Shown in pieces: positions 11,127-21,301 of a stretch of DNA of 64,000 bases (position 1 is its first letter; each line of letters starts with the position of its first letter). The notes below the pieces were generated by a model. That model saw only the letters and a program-made list of their open reading frames with translations. It made no database searches and had not been told where the DNA came from. This DNA comes from a virus. A program made the position numbers and the translations under genes. The DNA is taken from IMG/VR virus record IMGVR_UViG_3300021378_001718, positions 7,047 to 71,046 of that record; one strand, given 5' to 3'.

Positions 11127-12230
11127 ATGAGCAAAGAACAATACGATTTATCGAAACAAACAACTTACTTAGAGAACAAAATGTTTTTAGATCCAGCAGG
11201 CCCAGTGACTATACAACGTTTTGAAGAAGTCAAGTATGATCAAATAGCAAACTTTGAAGAAACTGCAAGAGGATTCTTTTGGATACCAGAAGAAATTAGT
11301 CTGACTAAAGATGCAGGAGACTTTAAAGATGCCAGTGATGCAGTTAAACACATCTTCACTGCTAACTTATTAAGACAAACAGCATTAGATAGTCTACAAG
11401 GCAGAGGACCTGTACAAGTCTTTACTCCTGTTGTAAGTCTACCTGAACTAGAAGCATTAATGTATAACTGGTCTTTCTTTGAAACTAATATACACTCACG
11501 TTCTTACAGTCATATCATTAGAAACATCTATAATGTACCTAAAGACATCTTTGATACTATACATGATACAAAAGAAATTGCTGACATGGCATCTTCAGTG
11601 TGTGATTACTATGATGGTTTACATGAAATCAACTGTCAAAAAGAAATGGGCAAAAAGATCGATGAAGAAAAACACATCAAAGCAATTTGGATGGCTCTAC
11701 ATGCAAGTTATGCCTTAGAAGCATTACGATTTATGGTATCATTTGCTACATCATTAGCAATGGTAGAAAATAGAATCTTCATGGGTAATGGCAACATCAT
11801 TTCATTAATCTTACAAGACGAATTACTTCACAAAGGTTGGACAGGCTGGATCATTAAACAAGTTGTCAAAGAAGATCCAAGATTTGCTAAAGCGGCAAAA
11901 GAATGTGAGAAAGAAGTATACGATATGTATATGGATGTAATTAGAGAAGAAAAAGAATGGGCAGATTACTTGTTTAAGAAAGGTCCTGTAATCGGTCTCA
12001 ATGCAAACATTCTAAAAGAGTTTGTAGACTATACAGCATTAGAATCATTAAAAGCAATTAATATAAAATATAATGAACCTGCTCCAAAAGCAAGTCCTAT
12101 CCCTTGGTTTAACAAGCATAGTGACACTAGCAAAAAGCAAACTGCACTACAAGAAAATGAATCAACTAACTATGTAATAGGTGTTATGTCAGAATCACTT
12201 GACTATGACGAGTTACCTGAGTTAGCATAA
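11127..12230 (+). CDS. nrdB: Ribonucleotide reductase class Ia beta subunit
   Basis: FFWIPEEI, LDSLQGR, HSRSYSHII (radical Tyr), LEALRF, DELLH, C-terminal TNYVIG. Confidence 0.96.
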   Translation: MSKEQYDLSKQTTYLENKMFLDPAGPVTIQRFEEVKYDQIANFEETARGFFWIPEEISLTKDAGDFKDASDAVKHIFTANLLRQTALDSLQGRGPVQVFTPVVSLPELEALMYNWSFFETNIHSRSYSHIIRNIYNVPKDIFDTIHDTKEIADMASSVCDYYDGLHEINCQKEMGKKIDEEKHIKAIWMALHASYALEALRFMVSFATSLAMVENRIFMGNGNIISLILQDELLHKGWTGWIIKQVVKEDPRFAKAAKECEKEVYDMYMDVIREEKEWADYLFKKGPVIGLNANILKEFVDYTALESLKAINIKYNEPAPKASPIPWFNKHSDTSKKQTALQENESTNYVIGVMSESLDYDELPELA

Positions 12231-12290
12231 AATTTATTTGACTGTAGAAAATCGTATTAAATATACATATAACAATTACTAGGAGAAATA

Positions 12291-12536
12291 ATGAAAGCCA
12301 TTGTATGGAGTAAAGACAACTGCACTTATTGTGATCAAGCAAAAAAATTGCTTGAAGAAAAAGGCGTAGAGTTTGAAGAAAAGAAAATCGGACATGGATA
12401 CACGTTAGAAGACTTACTAGCAGTCGTACCAAATGCACGTACTGCACCACAGATATTTTTAGGTGAAGAATATGTAGGTGGATTTATGGAACTAAAAGAA
12501 AAATTTATTAACTTTAACACTAACGCAAACGACTAG
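12291..12536 (+). CDS. Glutaredoxin
   Basis: CTYC active site, RTAPQIF...VGGF; follows nrdAB. Confidence 0.92.
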   Translation: MKAIVWSKDNCTYCDQAKKLLEEKGVEFEEKKIGHGYTLEDLLAVVPNARTAPQIFLGEEYVGGFMELKEKFINFNTNAND

Positions 12537-12544
12537 GAGTAATA

Positions 12545-12862
12545 ATGGAAAACAAAGCAGTATCACATATTAAAGTAGGACAAGTCTACACACTTAAAAT
12601 TTTTAGTGGAGAAGAAGTCGTAGCAAAAGTTGAATCCGTTGAAGATGGTTGGCTTGAACTATCAGATCCAGTATCATTAGCACCCAGTCAGACTGGAATG
12701 GCATTAGTTCCTAGTGTATTCTCTGCAAATGCGACAGAAAACGTAAGACTAAATAGTAATAGTGTTTCTTTTGTTGCAACTACAGCAGATGAAGTTAAAG
12801 ACAAATATAGAGAAGCAACTACAGGTATACAAGTACAAGAAAAGAAAATATTGACAGGATAA
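12545..12862 (+). CDS. Conserved phage protein, possible Sm-like beta barrel
   Basis: TLKIFSGEEVVAKV pattern; SD ggag. Confidence 0.55.
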   Translation: MENKAVSHIKVGQVYTLKIFSGEEVVAKVESVEDGWLELSDPVSLAPSQTGMALVPSVFSANATENVRLNSNSVSFVATTADEVKDKYREATTGIQVQEKKILTG

Positions 12863-12868
12863 TGTTAG

Positions 12869-13153
12869 ATGCCAAAATTGAGCCGAAAAGATGACAAGAA
12901 CACTACAGGCGGCAAAATTTTAAAAGGAGCCGAGTCTGTCTTTGCTGTCGGCAAACCTGTAGGTCTACATGTTAGTGAGATATCTCCTCACAAACCAAAA
13001 CCAAAAGAAAAACCTCACAAAAGTGCAAAAACAACTGAAGGTAGTCCTACTGTCTTTGTAGAAGGAAAACCAGTATTATATTTAGGCTCTGGTAATGATT
13101 GTAAACATAAAATAGTTGAAGGCGCAGATACTGTTTTTGTAGAAGGCAACTAA
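12869..13153 (+). CDS. PAAR-like spike-tip protein
   Basis: Three GS/GA-x-x-VF repeats (GAESVF, GSPTVF, GADTVF), His/Cys metal ligands (H..H..CKH). Confidence 0.8.
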   Translation: MPKLSRKDDKNTTGGKILKGAESVFAVGKPVGLHVSEISPHKPKPKEKPHKSAKTTEGSPTVFVEGKPVLYLGSGNDCKHKIVEGADTVFVEGN

Positions 13154-13156
13154 TCA

Positions 13157-16100
13157 ATGGCAGATACAGGTAAACAAAGTCCTTTAGGTCAAAACGTTTT
13201 AGGTGGCCTCTTACAGAATCGATGTCTTCAAATTAACCCTAATGCTGAATACTACATGGGAATTAGTACATCTAACTCTCAATACACTTACGGCGCTCTT
13301 GTAGAGAATACTGTGCTTAGAATGCTCACATGGGCTATTAATGACGGCTTTACTAGAGGTGTTATATCTGATAGTACGTATAATAATCTTATTTCAATTA
13401 GTGGCAACGGTAAGTGCCATGCATTAGGAAATTCAAAACCACCTACATATGTAGCAGAAGACAAATCAGAATCATGGGCTGGAAAAACAGAAGGGTCATT
13501 TGATTGTAAATCAGTAGAGTTTGGAGAATCAGCAGGAGTTGCTGGATCAAGACCAGGACCCGCAAACGCAGGATATTCTGTAACAGGAGATACTGACTAC
13601 GGACAACAAGCAACTTGGTTACCTTACAATACAACAAACCCTAATAAAAGTATAACTCAATGGGGTTGGATTAGATGTCATGCTTTACAAGCACATAACG
13701 AATTTAACTATCATGCAAAAGTAGGATCAGAAGGACAACTTTCTCCTCCTAAGTATGAATCATTTGCTGGATCAATGAATGAAGCCACAAGTTTTGCTAA
13801 TTATACTAATAAAACAATTAGCACTTCAGAAAATGCACAAACGTTCTTAGAAGGTACATTCAGTAATATGGATGATCTTATTACAGGAGATGTAACAGGT
13901 GTTAGTTTATTTACTAACGGTCTTGCATATGATCTGCAAAATCTACAAAAAGTATTTGATTTTAAAAAATTAGATCGTTTCGGTTATCCTTCTACGTTGC
14001 TACAACAATTACATGAAAACGGTGGATTAACACAAGACTTAAATTTAAACTTAGGATCAGCAGGATTGTCTGCAAAAGAAATTAGAACATTATCTACTGC
14101 AAAAACGCACGGTACTCCAGAACAAGAAAGAAAAATATACACCGCTTATTTAGGAATAACAGGTGATAATTTAGTTGCTTCAGTATCAACATTAACTGAT
14201 AATGGTTGGTTTTTGCATAGATGTAGTTATGTTGGATCACAAAACAGATATGGAATACGCACATTAGCCGATATATTAAATCCATTCTATTTGTTTTATA
14301 ATAGCAACAAAACACTTACAGTACCTGTTTATAATGACGAATTAGGAAGACCAACAGGGTCAAAAACATATTATTTAATATACAATGATGACGGCTCAGT
14401 CAATAGTGCAATCAATACAACTAATGTTAAAAACATTGTTGGAACACTTTTTACTGATGGGCCTCCAGCACCGTCTACATCTCAATCAAGGGAAACTCCA
14501 ACAACAACATTACCTAAAGGATTTGATTCTTATTTAGGAGGACCAAACGTTGTTATTCCTGCTGAAATAGGATTAGCATGTGCCGCACTTAGATATTCAT
14601 TTTTACAAATTAGTAACATTGAACAGATAACTCCTGGCAAATTAGGAAATTGTTTAAGAAACTTACAGATATTAGATGCTGAAAGTGTAGGCTCTGGAGC
14701 CAACGGCACACAAGCAGGAGCAGGCAATAATCCAGCAAGTTTACAAAAACCAGTCGATGAAAACTTAGTAGAAACAATCAATGAAGAAATGGGTTTAGGA
14801 TCTGGATTTGCCGGTACTTATCGTATGGACGACTTTTTTGGTTGTATGTCAGGCAATCCATACTGGTGGTCAAGTATATTCAGTTACTTAGCGGGTGATT
14901 CGGAAATACAAAATGTCACAGGAGATGCTTATACTTCAGAACTGGCAGCCATATATCAACAGTTATTTTTAGCAGTATCATGGGAAGCACCTACTTTTTC
15001 TGTTACATTAGAATATCAGTGTGTACAGAATACACCAAAATATGCAAACCCTGCGAATCCAGATTATCAACCAGACCCGGCTCAACCCAATTATGATAAC
15101 TTTCCATACTTAGAGTATAATGATAATAGTATTAAGACAATGGATCAATGGACAGTTGCTACATTCTACGGTCAATACAGAATTAAAGGTGGAGATGTGT
15201 TAACAGGTGATGGTGGAGGATACGGAAGAGGAGGAGCACCTGATCCAGTATGCACTATTAACTACGGAAGTTATAGTCCAGACGGAGCAACTGTAACAAT
15301 TTCTGGCATTGGCAGAAATGATAAAGACACAGGAAGCAATGGCGGTGGAACGTTCGGAAGAATAAAAGGGGCAACTATCTCAACAGGAACATTTCAACAA
15401 TGGACTAGTACGCCGATACCGATCCCTGCAACACAAGGTACACCAGACGGACCTCCCCCGGGCTTTACTGCAATTGCGACACCGCAAGAATCTAATCCAG
15501 GTTATAGTGCGCCAGTAGCCGACACAGATATTGTGTTAGAACCTGAATATCCTCCTACAGGAACTTATAATTGGAAGCCTGCAACAGGAGCAACTAACTC
15601 AGCCTTCGGATCATCTTATAATTATAATACAGTAACTCAATACTATATAACTGCGGCTAACAATTTTATTTTTAACCTTAGTAATAATGGTAGTATTGAT
15701 GCCTTTTTAACTAGAAATCTTAACGCACTGTGGAATGTGTTGGGTAAACAAATGAAAGTTGAGCAACGTACTAGATACAATGCTTTAGGTAGAGTAGAAA
15801 TACCGAGAGATCCTTTTGTTTATACTAACCAAGATATAGTTTCATGGGTTGATAATATTCCAGAAATTGTAAAACCGCAATCAGTATATGATTCAATACA
15901 AGGAAGAGTTACTATAGAAGCAATTGTAGACAGAGCATGTAATGTAGGACAAAATATTGTTGCAATGATGAGAGAATCAAACAATGAACAAGCCCTTGCA
16001 AACTGTGGTATACCCCTAAACAATAATATTTCAGATAAACTTCCTAAAAACGTACAAGATGCCCTTCACGGTAACGGGACATTTCCAAGAGCAAATGAAG

Positions 16101-16510
16101 GTATTCCTGTCGGAGACATTGAATGGGTCAATCCAGGGTTTCCTGATATCTTTGGCCCAGACGGCCCTACGATCGGACCCGGAGGAAAATATGTATCACC
16201 GACTTTTGTACCTATTGATAAATCAACACCCGGTAGTATAGATCCAATACTTAATAATGATCCTAATCCTCAAGTAGGCCCTGTTGTTGCTAACGGTCCA
16301 CCAGAATTGATAATTTCAACTTTACCTCCTCTCTTTACAGGAGATCCTGTTAGAAAAACTCGCCCTGATGGCGGAGGCGGTGGCGGCAGTAATTCAGGCG
16401 GCGGTCAACCAAGCGGACCTAATCCCCCTTTTATACCTCCCCAAACTGCTGAAGAAGCAATCGACAAAGTTATTCATTGTAACTGTGATTGTTGGGACTT
16501 AATAAGTTAA
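13157..16510 (+). CDS. Large virion/baseplate-associated protein
   Basis: 1117 aa directly after PAAR; Pro/Gly-rich C-terminal region ending in HCNCDCW. Confidence 0.55.
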   Translation: MADTGKQSPLGQNVLGGLLQNRCLQINPNAEYYMGISTSNSQYTYGALVENTVLRMLTWAINDGFTRGVISDSTYNNLISISGNGKCHALGNSKPPTYVAEDKSESWAGKTEGSFDCKSVEFGESAGVAGSRPGPANAGYSVTGDTDYGQQATWLPYNTTNPNKSITQWGWIRCHALQAHNEFNYHAKVGSEGQLSPPKYESFAGSMNEATSFANYTNKTISTSENAQTFLEGTFSNMDDLITGDVTGVSLFTNGLAYDLQNLQKVFDFKKLDRFGYPSTLLQQLHENGGLTQDLNLNLGSAGLSAKEIRTLSTAKTHGTPEQERKIYTAYLGITGDNLVASVSTLTDNGWFLHRCSYVGSQNRYGIRTLADILNPFYLFYNSNKTLTVPVYNDELGRPTGSKTYYLIYNDDGSVNSAINTTNVKNIVGTLFTDGPPAPSTSQSRETPTTTLPKGFDSYLGGPNVVIPAEIGLACAALRYSFLQISNIEQITPGKLGNCLRNLQILDAESVGSGANGTQAGAGNNPASLQKPVDENLVETINEEMGLGSGFAGTYRMDDFFGCMSGNPYWWSSIFSYLAGDSEIQNVTGDAYTSELAAIYQQLFLAVSWEAPTFSVTLEYQCVQNTPKYANPANPDYQPDPAQPNYDNFPYLEYNDNSIKTMDQWTVATFYGQYRIKGGDVLTGDGGGYGRGGAPDPVCTINYGSYSPDGATVTISGIGRNDKDTGSNGGGTFGRIKGATISTGTFQQWTSTPIPIPATQGTPDGPPPGFTAIATPQESNPGYSAPVADTDIVLEPEYPPTGTYNWKPATGATNSAFGSSYNYNTVTQYYITAANNFIFNLSNNGSIDAFLTRNLNALWNVLGKQMKVEQRTRYNALGRVEIPRDPFVYTNQDIVSWVDNIPEIVKPQSVYDSIQGRVTIEAIVDRACNVGQNIVAMMRESNNEQALANCGIPLNNNISDKLPKNVQDALHGNGTFPRANEGIPVGDIEWVNPGFPDIFGPDGPTIGPGGKYVSPTFVPIDKSTPGSIDPILNNDPNPQVGPVVANGPPELIISTLPPLFTGDPVRKTRPDGGGGGGSNSGGGQPSGPNPPFIPPQTAEEAIDKVIHCNCDCWDLIS

Positions 16511-16529
16511 AACTTTTTCTACCTACCCC

Positions 16530-16558
16530 TTGACTCGTATTAAATATTAGTATACAAT
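16530..16558 (+). promoter_or_regulatory. Sigma70-type promoter for metK
   Basis: TTGACT-N17-TACAAT followed by SD gagga. Confidence 0.6.
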
Positions 16559-16576
16559 ATACTAAGAGGACTATAT

Positions 16577-17710
16577 ATGAGTTATTATTTTACGAGTGAG
16601 AGTGTCTCAGAAGGACACCCGGATAAAGTTGCAGATGCAATCAGTGATGCTATACTAGATTCATTTATGCAACACAAAGATCCTACTCTAAGATGTGCGT
16701 GTGAGACATTAGTTACTACAAATAAAGTAATAGTAGCAGGTGAATATAAAGGATTTATCGACAGTTTAGATGTTGAATATCTTGTACGCAGAGTTGTTAA
16801 AAATATTGGCTATGAACAAGACGGATTTCATTGGAACAATCTAAGTATTGACAATTTATTACATGGACAATCTCCTGATATCGCATTAGGAACAGATACG
16901 TTTGGTGCAGGAGATCAAGGTATAATGTTTGGTTATGCAACTAAAGACACAGAAACATACATGCCCGCCCCTCTTTATTATTCACATAGAATTGTAGAAA
17001 TGCTTACAGCAGTTAGAAAGCAAGGAATTATACCTTGGTTAGGTCCTGATTCTAAATCACAAGTCACTGTAGAATACAATGACGATAGCACAGTAAAACG
17101 CATAGACAAAGTAGTTTGTTCTACTCAGCACTCAGAACAGGTCGATATAGAGACTGTGAGGGCACAAATACAAGAAGTAATACAAAAGACTTTGCCTCAA
17201 GAACTCTTAGATGAAAAGACACAGTACTTAATCAACCCAACAGGTAGATTTGTTGTTGGTGGACCTGACGGAGATTCAGGTGTTACTGGCAGAAAGATTA
17301 TTGTTGACACATATGGTGGAGCCGCACCTCATGGTGGTGGAGCATTCTCTGGCAAAGACCCATCTAAAGTTGATCGATCAGCGGCATACATGGCTCGTTA
17401 TCTTGCTAAAAATATTGTAGCATCAGGAAAATCAGATTGGTGTAACATTCAATTAAGTTATGCAATCGGTGTTGAGCAACCAACAAGTGTCTATGTAGAA
17501 AGTGATAGAGATAGTAGAGATTTAACTAAATGGATTACAGAAAACGTAGACTTATCTCCTAAAGGCATTATCGACAGATTTAATTTATTCTCCCCTATTT
17601 ACGGAGCGACTACAAATTATGGTCACTTTGGAAAAGAATATTTACCTTGGGAACAAATCAATCTATTCCCTGAAACAAAGCCAAAGAAGAAAGCAGTTAA
17701 GAATAAATAG
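16577..17710 (+). CDS. metK: S-adenosylmethionine synthetase
   Basis: FTSESVSEGHPDK, GAGDQG, GRKIIVDTYGG, HGGGAFSGKD signatures. Confidence 0.98.
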   Translation: MSYYFTSESVSEGHPDKVADAISDAILDSFMQHKDPTLRCACETLVTTNKVIVAGEYKGFIDSLDVEYLVRRVVKNIGYEQDGFHWNNLSIDNLLHGQSPDIALGTDTFGAGDQGIMFGYATKDTETYMPAPLYYSHRIVEMLTAVRKQGIIPWLGPDSKSQVTVEYNDDSTVKRIDKVVCSTQHSEQVDIETVRAQIQEVIQKTLPQELLDEKTQYLINPTGRFVVGGPDGDSGVTGRKIIVDTYGGAAPHGGGAFSGKDPSKVDRSAAYMARYLAKNIVASGKSDWCNIQLSYAIGVEQPTSVYVESDRDSRDLTKWITENVDLSPKGIIDRFNLFSPIYGATTNYGHFGKEYLPWEQINLFPETKPKKKAVKNK

Positions 17711-17775
17711 ACTTAGACAAAGGAGTCTAGTTATGAAACAGACTATCAACGCAGTATCAACAAGAGTTGATACTC

Positions 17776-18156
17776 ATGGCTTATAGTGATAAAGTAATAG
17801 ACCATTATGAAAATCCTCGTAATGTAGGTAAGATGAATGCTGACGACCCGAATGTTGGCACTGGAATGGTAGGCGCCCCCGCTTGTGGTGATGTAATGCG
17901 ACTACAGATTAAAGTTAATGATGAAGGAGTCATAGAAGATGCTAAGTTTAAAACATATGGATGCGGGTCTGCAATTGCATCAAGTAGTCTCCTCACAGAA
18001 TGGGTCAAAGGTCAAAGCATCGACCAAGCAGAGACAATCAGAAACACTGAAATCGCGGAAGAACTCGCACTCCCGCCAGTCAAGATCCACTGTTCGGTAT
18101 TAGCAGAAGATGCAATCAAAGCCGCAGTCAACGATTACAAAACTAAGAACAATTGA
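17776..18156 (+). CDS. iscU: Fe-S cluster scaffold IscU
   Basis: MAYSDKVIDHYENPRNVG, GAPACGD, GCGSAIASSS, LPPVKIHCS. Confidence 0.96.
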   Translation: MAYSDKVIDHYENPRNVGKMNADDPNVGTGMVGAPACGDVMRLQIKVNDEGVIEDAKFKTYGCGSAIASSSLLTEWVKGQSIDQAETIRNTEIAEELALPPVKIHCSVLAEDAIKAAVNDYKTKNN

Positions 18157-18337
18157 TTCACCTTGTGTAGGTATATGTAATATTGACTACAATACTGAAG
18201 AAGAACTTTGTAGAGGATGTGGTAGAACGATTAATGAGATTGCTCAGTGGTCCATATTAACTGATGAAAACAAAATGTTAATTAATGAAGTAGCAACAAA
18301 ACGTATGAAAGAGATCAGTTTTGATCAAGGATTTTAA
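18110..18337 (+). CDS. DUF1289-family small Cys protein (start uncertain)
   Basis: SPCVGIC...CRGCGRT..EI..W motif. Confidence 0.8.
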   Translation: MQSKPQSTITKLRTIDSPCVGICNIDYNTEEELCRGCGRTINEIAQWSILTDENKMLINEVATKRMKEISFDQGF

Positions 18338-19280
18338 AACAGAAATGGATATGTCTCCTAAAGGATTCGGATTACCAAAAAAACTTTGGCGTCAACTATT
18401 TAAATTTAGAAACAAAACTGTAAAGTATTGTGCATCAGATGAAATGTTCAAACAGATGCCATTCTATAATGCATTCATGCAATTACACCCTGAAAGAGAT
18501 TTTGAATATACATTCAACTCATGGGGATTTCGTGCTGACTATGACTATGAAGCATTAAACGTAGACGGCAAAAAAGCAAAAATAATACTAGCAATCGGCG
18601 ATAGTTTTACTATGAATGTTGGTGGACCTTTAGAACATAGTTGGCCCAGTCAATTACAAGAAAGATGTAACATTCCAATTCTTAATGGTGGAGTAGATGG
18701 ATTAGGGCCTGACTCTTATCATTTAATTGTAGATAAAATGAGAAAGTACTTTGATGTACAACATACTTTTTGTCTATTCAACTTGCATGGTGGAGCCTCA
18801 GCAGATCAACTTGCAGATGCTAACTCGACTGAACAAAAAATACATATTTTAAAAGAATATGAATGGCCAATAGGATCAGAGATTGCATTCATTCCTCCTT
18901 GGTGTTGGGATCCTAAAATGAAGCAAATTTTATTAAGTCATTTCCCAGATGCTCATGCTTATATGAAAGAGATTCCCTTAATATGGAAAGATATTCCTTA
19001 TGATATCTTTATGTTGATAGCCCAGCAAGACTATCAGATGTATTCTAATAGCAAATGGCCATCACTAGAAGCAATATACACGCAACTGGCAGCCGAGAAT
19101 CACATGGATAATATGTTAAGTGATTCAGATAGATATTTCTTTATGAAAGCACTTACTGTAAGGTGCGGTGGATATGTCTATCGTAATAGAGACTTTAGGC
19201 ATATGAGTAAAATGTCTAACAGTATGGTTGCTGATTATTTTTACGAGAAACTAGATCCAAAATTTATAAAACTTAGATAG
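18321..19280 (+). CDS. Hypothetical protein, SGNH-like
   Basis: YTFNSWGFR...GDSFT...W...NGGVDG pattern. Confidence 0.55.
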   Translation: MIKDFKTEMDMSPKGFGLPKKLWRQLFKFRNKTVKYCASDEMFKQMPFYNAFMQLHPERDFEYTFNSWGFRADYDYEALNVDGKKAKIILAIGDSFTMNVGGPLEHSWPSQLQERCNIPILNGGVDGLGPDSYHLIVDKMRKYFDVQHTFCLFNLHGGASADQLADANSTEQKIHILKEYEWPIGSEIAFIPPWCWDPKMKQILLSHFPDAHAYMKEIPLIWKDIPYDIFMLIAQQDYQMYSNSKWPSLEAIYTQLAAENHMDNMLSDSDRYFFMKALTVRCGGYVYRNRDFRHMSKMSNSMVADYFYEKLDPKFIKLR

Positions 19281-19300
19281 TTAATAAGGGGACATATCTA

Positions 19301-19420
19301 ATGAGTGCGAGTAGACGTAGACATGCGAATCGATTGAGATCCAACCAACAAAGGAATCGTAGAATTCAGTTTTCTAATCAGAAAAAGAAAGTTAAAATTG
19401 AAGTAAAACCTAGTGAGTAA
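19301..19420 (+). CDS. Basic 39-aa microprotein
   Basis: MSASRRRHANRLRSNQQRNRRIQFSNQKKKVKIEVKPSE; SD-like aagggga. Confidence 0.5.
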   Translation: MSASRRRHANRLRSNQQRNRRIQFSNQKKKVKIEVKPSE

Positions 19421-19493
19421 CTAATTTTATTACTTTGTTTATTCTTCCGGATTTCATTAATTTATGAAAGGCTTTAAAGTATTTTCGTGCCAT
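19410..19493 (-). CDS. Basic 27-aa microprotein
   Basis: MARKYFKAFHKLMKSGRINKVIKLVTH; strong SD aggaga. Confidence 0.6.
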   Translation of the reverse strand: MARKYFKAFHKLMKSGRINKVIKLVTH

Positions 19494-19503
19494 GTTTCTC
19501 CTA

Positions 19504-19532
19504 TGTGACAGTAATGTTACAAAATTGTGACA
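19504..19532. promoter_or_regulatory. Three 7-bp direct repeats at 11-bp period (Pho-box/OmpR-family-like)
   Basis: TGTGACA-gtaa-TGTTACA-aaat-TGTGACA; reverse strand reads TGTCAC/TGTAAC/CTGTCAC. Confidence 0.55.
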
Positions 19533-19635
19533 TATAAGTATATATGCCTATTAACACCAAAAAAATATTTTACTACTTAAAAATCAAGTAAATACTACAC
19601 AATCAACAACATTTTACTTTAAAGGAGTATAAAAA

Positions 19636-20157
19636 TTGAAAACAGTAGGCGATAAATTTCCCGCATTCTCATTGCCGGGTATTGATGAAAACAACGAGTT
19701 TGTCCAAGTAGATATACATGAAAGTTACACCCCACATAAAAAAGATTGGTCTGTAGTTTATTTCTATCCTAAAGACTTTACATTTGTTTGCCCAACAGAA
19801 ATTGCTGGTATGGATGTTTTATCATCAGAGGCGAATGTTGTTGGTATTTCAGGTGACAATGAGTTCTGTAAACTTGCATGGAAGAAAGAAAATGCATTGA
19901 TAGGAGATATTAATCACACTCTAGCCGCTGATTGTGGATTAACACTATCACGTGAATTAGGTATTGTACATGAACAAGCAGGAGTTTGTTATAGAGCAAC
20001 GTTTATCTTTGATAAAGAAAGAACTATTCAGCATGTATCGATCAATGCTTTAGATACAGGTAGAAATGCAGATGAAGTACTAAGAACATTAAAAGCATTA
20101 CAAGCAGGCGGACTTACAGGCTGTGCTTGGGACGAAGGTCAAGAACTCTTAGGTTAA
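19636..20157 (+). CDS. ahpC: Peroxiredoxin (AhpC family)
   Basis: FYPKDFTFVCPTEI, RATFIFD, GRNADEVLR; TTG start with SD aaggag. Confidence 0.93.
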   Translation: MKTVGDKFPAFSLPGIDENNEFVQVDIHESYTPHKKDWSVVYFYPKDFTFVCPTEIAGMDVLSSEANVVGISGDNEFCKLAWKKENALIGDINHTLAADCGLTLSRELGIVHEQAGVCYRATFIFDKERTIQHVSINALDTGRNADEVLRTLKALQAGGLTGCAWDEGQELLG

Positions 20158-20158
20158 C

Positions 20159-21301
20159 TTATAAGTATTGTTGTGTAAAGGCATCATTTAAACCGCATGT
20201 CTTTGCACATACTTGAAGTTTGCCATCGTTACAACTAGTCTTTTCCCAACTATCTTCAATAAGATTAAAATAATTATTCTCTAATATTTCTTCAATTGTA
20301 TAATTGAGAGCATTGATTTTATCTTTTCCAACTTTATTAATTACAGACCATATCTGACTACCTTTAGGAGTGTGATACCAGTTGTACATTTGTCCTGCTA
20401 CCCAGCAACAAGGTTGTAAGATTCCTTCAGCACTTACATAGATACTTTTTTCTTCTTTTACTTTACATTTAATGGGTGTAGAGTCATAATGTTGTTGAAC
20501 TTTAGAATGTGGATTGAATAATTCTGGGTTTAAATTACCTAATAAATCTACTTTTTTTGTTGGAAAAATAATGTCTTGTTCTTCGGCTATACTCGACATC
20601 TCTCTAGTATATAAATTGTCGTAGGCCGCCCCTCTGGGCTCTCTGATGACGATTTCAGAGCCATGTCTGTCGATTGTTTTGATATATGTTTTAGTGCTTC
20701 CAGACACACTAGAAAAGAATCTACTAGACGTTTTTACTTGAAACTTTTGGAAACCCATTTGCTCTGAAAGTCTTTTGGCCTCTTGGACTTGATGCTCATT
20801 ATGTTCAAAGACTATATACTCCCAATGAGCAATTCCACCAGCATCTATGAAAGACCCTGCGTTCTCCATTATCTTGTCCCATATGGTATTTTTACGATAT
20901 AAATAATTGGTATCTTCTAGTCCGTCAATACTAAAAATAACATACCCGTCAGTACCAATAACTTCTGCTAATTCTTTCCACCAATATGTAGTTCTTGCTG
21001 ATCCATTAGTATTCATGCTCAAGTATATTGTTGGGTTAACACTTCTAAAGTGTTTAAATACTTTTAATGTGTCTTTAGCAACTATAGGATCTCCATAATT
21101 ACCACACATAAACATATGATTTAATCGTTGAATAAATGTGTCAGGAAAAATAGTAACGATATCATTTAATGATAGTTCAGCATTTTGCAACCAAGGATTA
21201 TCTTCTCCTCCGTTTATGTTTCTTGCACACATAGGACATGCGGCATTGCATTTTTCTGTAATTTCTAAATGTACTGTTTTAATGTCATTATAATCATACA
21301 T
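20159..21301 (-). CDS. Radical SAM enzyme with C-terminal SPASM/twitch-like cysteines
   Basis: CNAACPMC motif, GNYGDP, TNG, SIDG, C...G..QPCC. Confidence 0.9.
   Translation of the reverse strand: MYDYNDIKTVHLEITEKCNAACPMCARNINGGEDNPWLQNAELSLNDIVTIFPDTFIQRLNHMFMCGNYGDPIVAKDTLKVFKHFRSVNPTIYLSMNTNGSARTTYWWKELAEVIGTDGYVIFSIDGLEDTNYLYRKNTIWDKIMENAGSFIDAGGIAHWEYIVFEHNEHQVQEAKRLSEQMGFQKFQVKTSSRFFSSVSGSTKTYIKTIDRHGSEIVIREPRGAAYDNLYTREMSSIAEEQDIIFPTKKVDLLGNLNPELFNPHSKVQQHYDSTPIKCKVKEEKSIYVSAEGILQPCCWVAGQMYNWYHTPKGSQIWSVINKVGKDKINALNYTIEEILENNYFNLIEDSWEKTSCNDGKLQVCAKTCGLNDAFTQQYL

Noticed and set aside
8784-12230. Intron or intein in nrdA/nrdB
   Set aside because: Both ORFs are continuous and of normal length
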